DNA of 54,808 nt. It comes from an uncultured Clostridia bacterium. Its GTDB lineage: Bacteria > Bacillota > Clostridia > Christensenellales > CAG-314. Position 1 is the first letter of the stretch; each line of letters begins with the position of its first letter. The stretch lies in NCBI GenBank assembly GCA_934281515.1, contig CAKQXG010000002.1, positions 1-54,808 on the forward strand, given 5' to 3'. The notes under the pieces are model-generated. The model was given only the letters and a program-made list of their open reading frames with translations. It was not told where the DNA came from and made no database searches. Made by a program: the position numbers and the translations under genes. This document shows positions 53,801 to 54,808 of this stretch, in pieces.

Positions 53801-54808
53801 TCGGGAGTGGGTCCCCAACTGGAGAAGTCCGACATAAAGGGACCTGCAAGATTTTTGCCGCTGACGGTCATTGTGCCGCTTTGCTTTTCAGCGAGTTTCA
53901 TACCGTCGTCCTTGCTGACGGAAATCGTAGGTATGTGCGCCGATTTGCCCATGGACATAAGTATGTCGCCGTCGATGTTGTTGTAGATGATGCAAGCAAT
54001 TGCGCCATACTGTTTGGCGAGTTTCGCCTTTTCTTCAAAAGAGTTTACGCCACGCTTAACAAGAGCAATCTTGCCCTGCAACTTTGCTTTGCCTAACTTG
54101 GAGAAGTCGCTTTTGCTACCCGTACCGCTGACTGTGACGTACTCGAAGGTCTTTGTTTCGTCCTGATTGAGATTGCCTGCCGCGATAAGTTCCTTGACAA
54201 AGTCGTTGGCTTCGCCGCTGATACTGTTGGATTGGTTGTAGAAGAAGATTTGCTTGTCGCTTGCGGCGTTGGCTACGATGTAGTTGCTCTTGACGCCGCT
54301 GATACTTGCAACGGACAAAGCCGCGTCGTAGGTAGAGGGCGAACCGACGGTACCGCTGTCGGGGTTGGTGACGAAGTTGGTGTTACCCTGGTCGCCGCCG
54401 AAACCCGAACTGTAGCTGTTGCTTGCCGCCGTGACAAGGGCAATGCCGCTAGCCTTGATTTTGTCGTAGACGTAGTTGACTTCCACCTTGTCGACTTCAC
54501 GAGAGAAACCGCAACTGCTACCCAAAGACATATTGATTGCGTCAACGCCGAGTTTTACCGCGTCTTCGAGAGCAAGCAGAATATCTTCCGTTCTGCCGCC
54601 TGCGTCAAGGTCGGGGAATACCTTCATCAACACAAGTTGCGTATCGACGGCAATACCGGTAAAGTCGATACCTTCGTCGCCGGTGTTTGCCACGGCTTGA
54701 CCGCCGATGATACCTGCAACGTGCGTGCCGTGCTCGCTGTCATAGGGGAACACGTCGACATCCTTGTCCGCGTAGTCGTACACGAACGGAATTTTGTCGG
54801 TGTAGTAC
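47821..54808 (-). CDS. giant S8 subtilisin-type cell-envelope protease (PA insert, two Big_2 domains, about 900 aa of BspA-type LRR, C-terminal TM anchor); 5' end outside the window
   Basis: His motif HGTHVAGIIGG and Ser motif SGTSMATPNLCG. PA domain GKIALVKRGVNSFEEKAKLAKQYGAIACIIYNN. The ORF is open to position 54808, and the catalytic Asp region must lie upstream of the window. C-terminus AGILPIALAAAVVALTKKKGVM. Confidence 0.92.
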   Translation of the reverse strand, partial: YYTDKIPFVYDYADKDVDVFPYDSEHGTHVAGIIGGQAVANTGDEGIDFTGIAVDTQLVLMKVFPDLDAGGRTEDILLALEDAVKLGVDAINMSLGSSCGFSREVDKVEVNYVYDKIKASGIALVTAASNSYSSGFGGDQGNTNFVTNPDSGTVGSPSTYDAALSVASISGVKSNYIVANAASDKQIFFYNQSNSISGEANDFVKELIAAGNLNQDETKTFEYVTVSGTGSKSDFSKLGKAKLQGKIALVKRGVNSFEEKAKLAKQYGAIACIIYNNIDGDILMSMGKSAHIPTISVSKDDGMKLAEKQSGTMTVSGKNLAGPFMSDFSSWGPTPDLRLKPEITAHGGEIYSSIPNNGYDRLSGTSMATPNLCGVIVLIRDYVKENATKFGITVTNGTPDPVAVNNVVNQMLMSTATIALNEEGVPYSPRKQGAGLASARNVVNTNAYITVDEEVTKDGVTTRQIKTKTKLELGDDPTRTGIYEMEFNVVNVGTTALTYNFDIVGMSESVSEYDTKHVAETGKVLDGTAKISFVSGNGSVSGNQITVDAGRTVTVKAVYTLTDGDKNYIDGLFKYGMYVEGFVKLTAGDEVVPLNVPFLAYYGDWSEPPMFDKTYYEVESTAHNKGLDDDDKIKADYWATTPYGSYYYNYMIPLGTYLYDIDESTYDAIPATEEHIAVSNILGAIDGISAVYAGLLRNAKEMRFSITDKTTGDTIWNETYYNANKAFSNGGSPVPYYEFIKVKSLRAGLLNNRQYTFKMQGLLDYESDGLTTNVRNSFQFDFYMDDQAPVIKDASFEKVYDKSLNKDRYYVNLTIYDNHYAMSVAPVIFTSASSYTYLTDNPIPIYGERNSDTVVRVEITDYLDDLFSDKIVNNALAFIVDDYALNTNIFLVQLPGTDGEFKFTSNGMSDGTDKLFLSMYEDEILDVTRYLCTTDMRTNEGETELDRTYLQKLTWKSSNENVLRVEDGVVKGVSAGKATVTVTERVYGASAVLIVNVKARNDSNKNNGSGDDLSDDSLKSLRFTYFDTVFAYSRAAQTSEIGATGDRKYMQSLNGVISMYPGETIDLSYRCDPWYTEDEYADKLEWLTDKKSVATVAKTEDGKAGRITALKEGSAQITLHIAGTPVETTVTINVKSEFVIENRTLVAYKGLGGHVVIPDDEGILYIGAYAFCLYTTDNTIELPDDDYDANKIPAANTSVTSVVVPEGVTEIQKYAFANCSDLREVAIPKKVKYVREYAFYGCKQLERVVLLDNLKLTESTDDKKIEMKDKYEMTPEVPATDETPRIPAKFVFTSGETPQTFAGTDVETIGREAFYNCITLDNVDLSHVYAIGVRAFAKCTTLSEINLVSLRNTGAEAFKECLSLASVQFDTHGNTKLSAGMFHNSGLVEVDIYNRDIIPYGCFSGCDDLVSVTLHADSLGVGNNAFSECAKLAEVTFEGTCEAIGTQAFYKTPSLTTFTMPEGKVSFGSLCFFRSGLTRLVLKGNAEFDQVYGPLFRKTNLAEIDATASNLYKTDSNGNLVTKDGETFVFALNNASGDVVVPSSVKKIAPSAYAGTAITSVTFEGAVAIGDYAFYNCPALTKVTFADQTGTTVGNYAFTYQLESDTYDDEAIAEGESRLTDVVNLDKVVKVGDYAFSNTAIKGSLVTADNAEYGEGVFFRVNGVTGLTLGDNSSYGLGAFQRMLGLTKVVLPEDGSVTFGTAAFAYDTSLEDINLGGLKSIAELAFLGCNKLKGVDLSEAETIGRYAFSDCTSLSRIIMTKVRIIGDGAFGGNNVGGVAVSTMDLPSTVQSIGQAAFISCTELVSVTIPEGVSKIEDNTFGLCKNLATVELPDSLTKIGDNAFKGCTKLATINLGNVKEIGAEGFRACTSLKTVDLANLVKTGEGAFYQADLSMNGGIIADNLQTIGASSFAFTNLRYFVGNSVVTIGEEAFRENANLSGFVIGNKLAKMESFVLLGCNRLAAISFYQGDKLVSDGQINDYAKLDKGVLYTKLTNGSWQLTSVPAALDAEKLVVAEGTRRVDAYAGNQNTHIKTIDLPSTMRNIGEYAFYGYTSLETVVFRSIEAPSLDDGYNYKTKLEETDPGYDVLQKMYNMFGFYLYYYNFVDLVGKNKPLQMIVPSNEDIFGYDSLVYLAYFGEIGARGEETTQKALRDFIDEVAEISAIDVITLGDGDLIDSALVNYKSITQQPVQFGVTDAEWARYEEILFEAKQRVTALRFAKAEQVVKDVQKQIDALPVEFDINSVEQLAEVNKSIKRLTSEQVAALTTDKYDSLVAEYNKYIATVADYAETLKPSLGEETRTNAAATAGILPIALAAAVVALTKKKGVM
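48600..51380 (-). repeat. roughly 40 BspA/TpLRR-type leucine-rich repeats (about 23-aa period) inside the S8 protein
   Basis: Recurring units include IGxxAFxxCxxLxx(V/I)xLPxx(V/L). Examples are VTEIQKYAFANCSDLREVAIPKKVKYVREYAFYGCKQLERVVL, IGRYAFSDCTSLSRIIM and IGDNAFKGCTKLATINL. Confidence 0.8.

Noticed and set aside
1-54808. CRISPR arrays, tRNA/rRNA genes, IS elements or integrative elements.
   Set aside because: I saw no regularly spaced direct repeats, no cloverleaf-compatible segments in the intergenic regions I read, and no transposase- or integrase-like ORFs. The only dispersed repeats are the hairpin elements and the 25-nt motif reported above.

Overview
The window is 54.8 kb, roughly 50% GC by eye, and uses the standard genetic code: TGA ends the ATPase ORF at 813 and forms two ATGA stop/start overlaps. 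The gene content looks like a gut-type Bacillota (Clostridia- or Mollicute-related) chromosome, but that taxonomy is inference only. I call 25 genes, 22 of them on the minus strand. I found no rRNA, tRNA, CRISPR array, transposase, integrase or reverse transcriptase.

Left part (1-24.5 kb), glycan-utilisation loci:
- A CUT1-type ABC importer operon. It has two lipoprotein solute-binding proteins (one fused to Listeria-Bacteroides repeats), a lipoprotein GH97, two permeases, an in-cis MalK-like ATPase with two large insertions, and a trailing lipoprotein.
- A 1184-aa Big_2 lipoprotein, divergent from an AraC regulator.
- A GH29 fucosidase-SGNH esterase fusion.
- An orphan holin-like gene.
- An operon of a small membrane protein, a GH3 with reversed domain order and a TM helix at each end, and a 1072-aa lipoprotein with four 8-Cys modules.

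Middle part (24.6-29.3 kb): a 4.6-kb module bracketed by two same-orientation copies of a long-hairpin repeat. It holds an AgrC-like histidine kinase plus a LytTR regulator, a C12 homopolymer, a COG1373-type AAA ATPase and a tandem YegP protein.

Right half (29.5-54.8 kb), my main candidate for an undescribed system: a co-directional array of six genes. These are a >2329-aa S8 protease-PA-Big_2-LRR protein with a C-terminal TM anchor, a 183-aa lipoprotein, paralogous 825- and 1070-aa lipoproteins, a 1600-aa Ig-repeat lipoprotein and a 2118-aa Cys/His-repeat plus Flg_new lipoprotein. Most of their sequence is uncharacterised.

Eleven proteins in the window carry a lipobox, and none shows an LPXTG, SLH, LysM or choline-binding wall anchor.

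All domain names come from motifs I recognised by eye; no searches were run. Sub-gene coordinates are approximate (about +/-30 nt).
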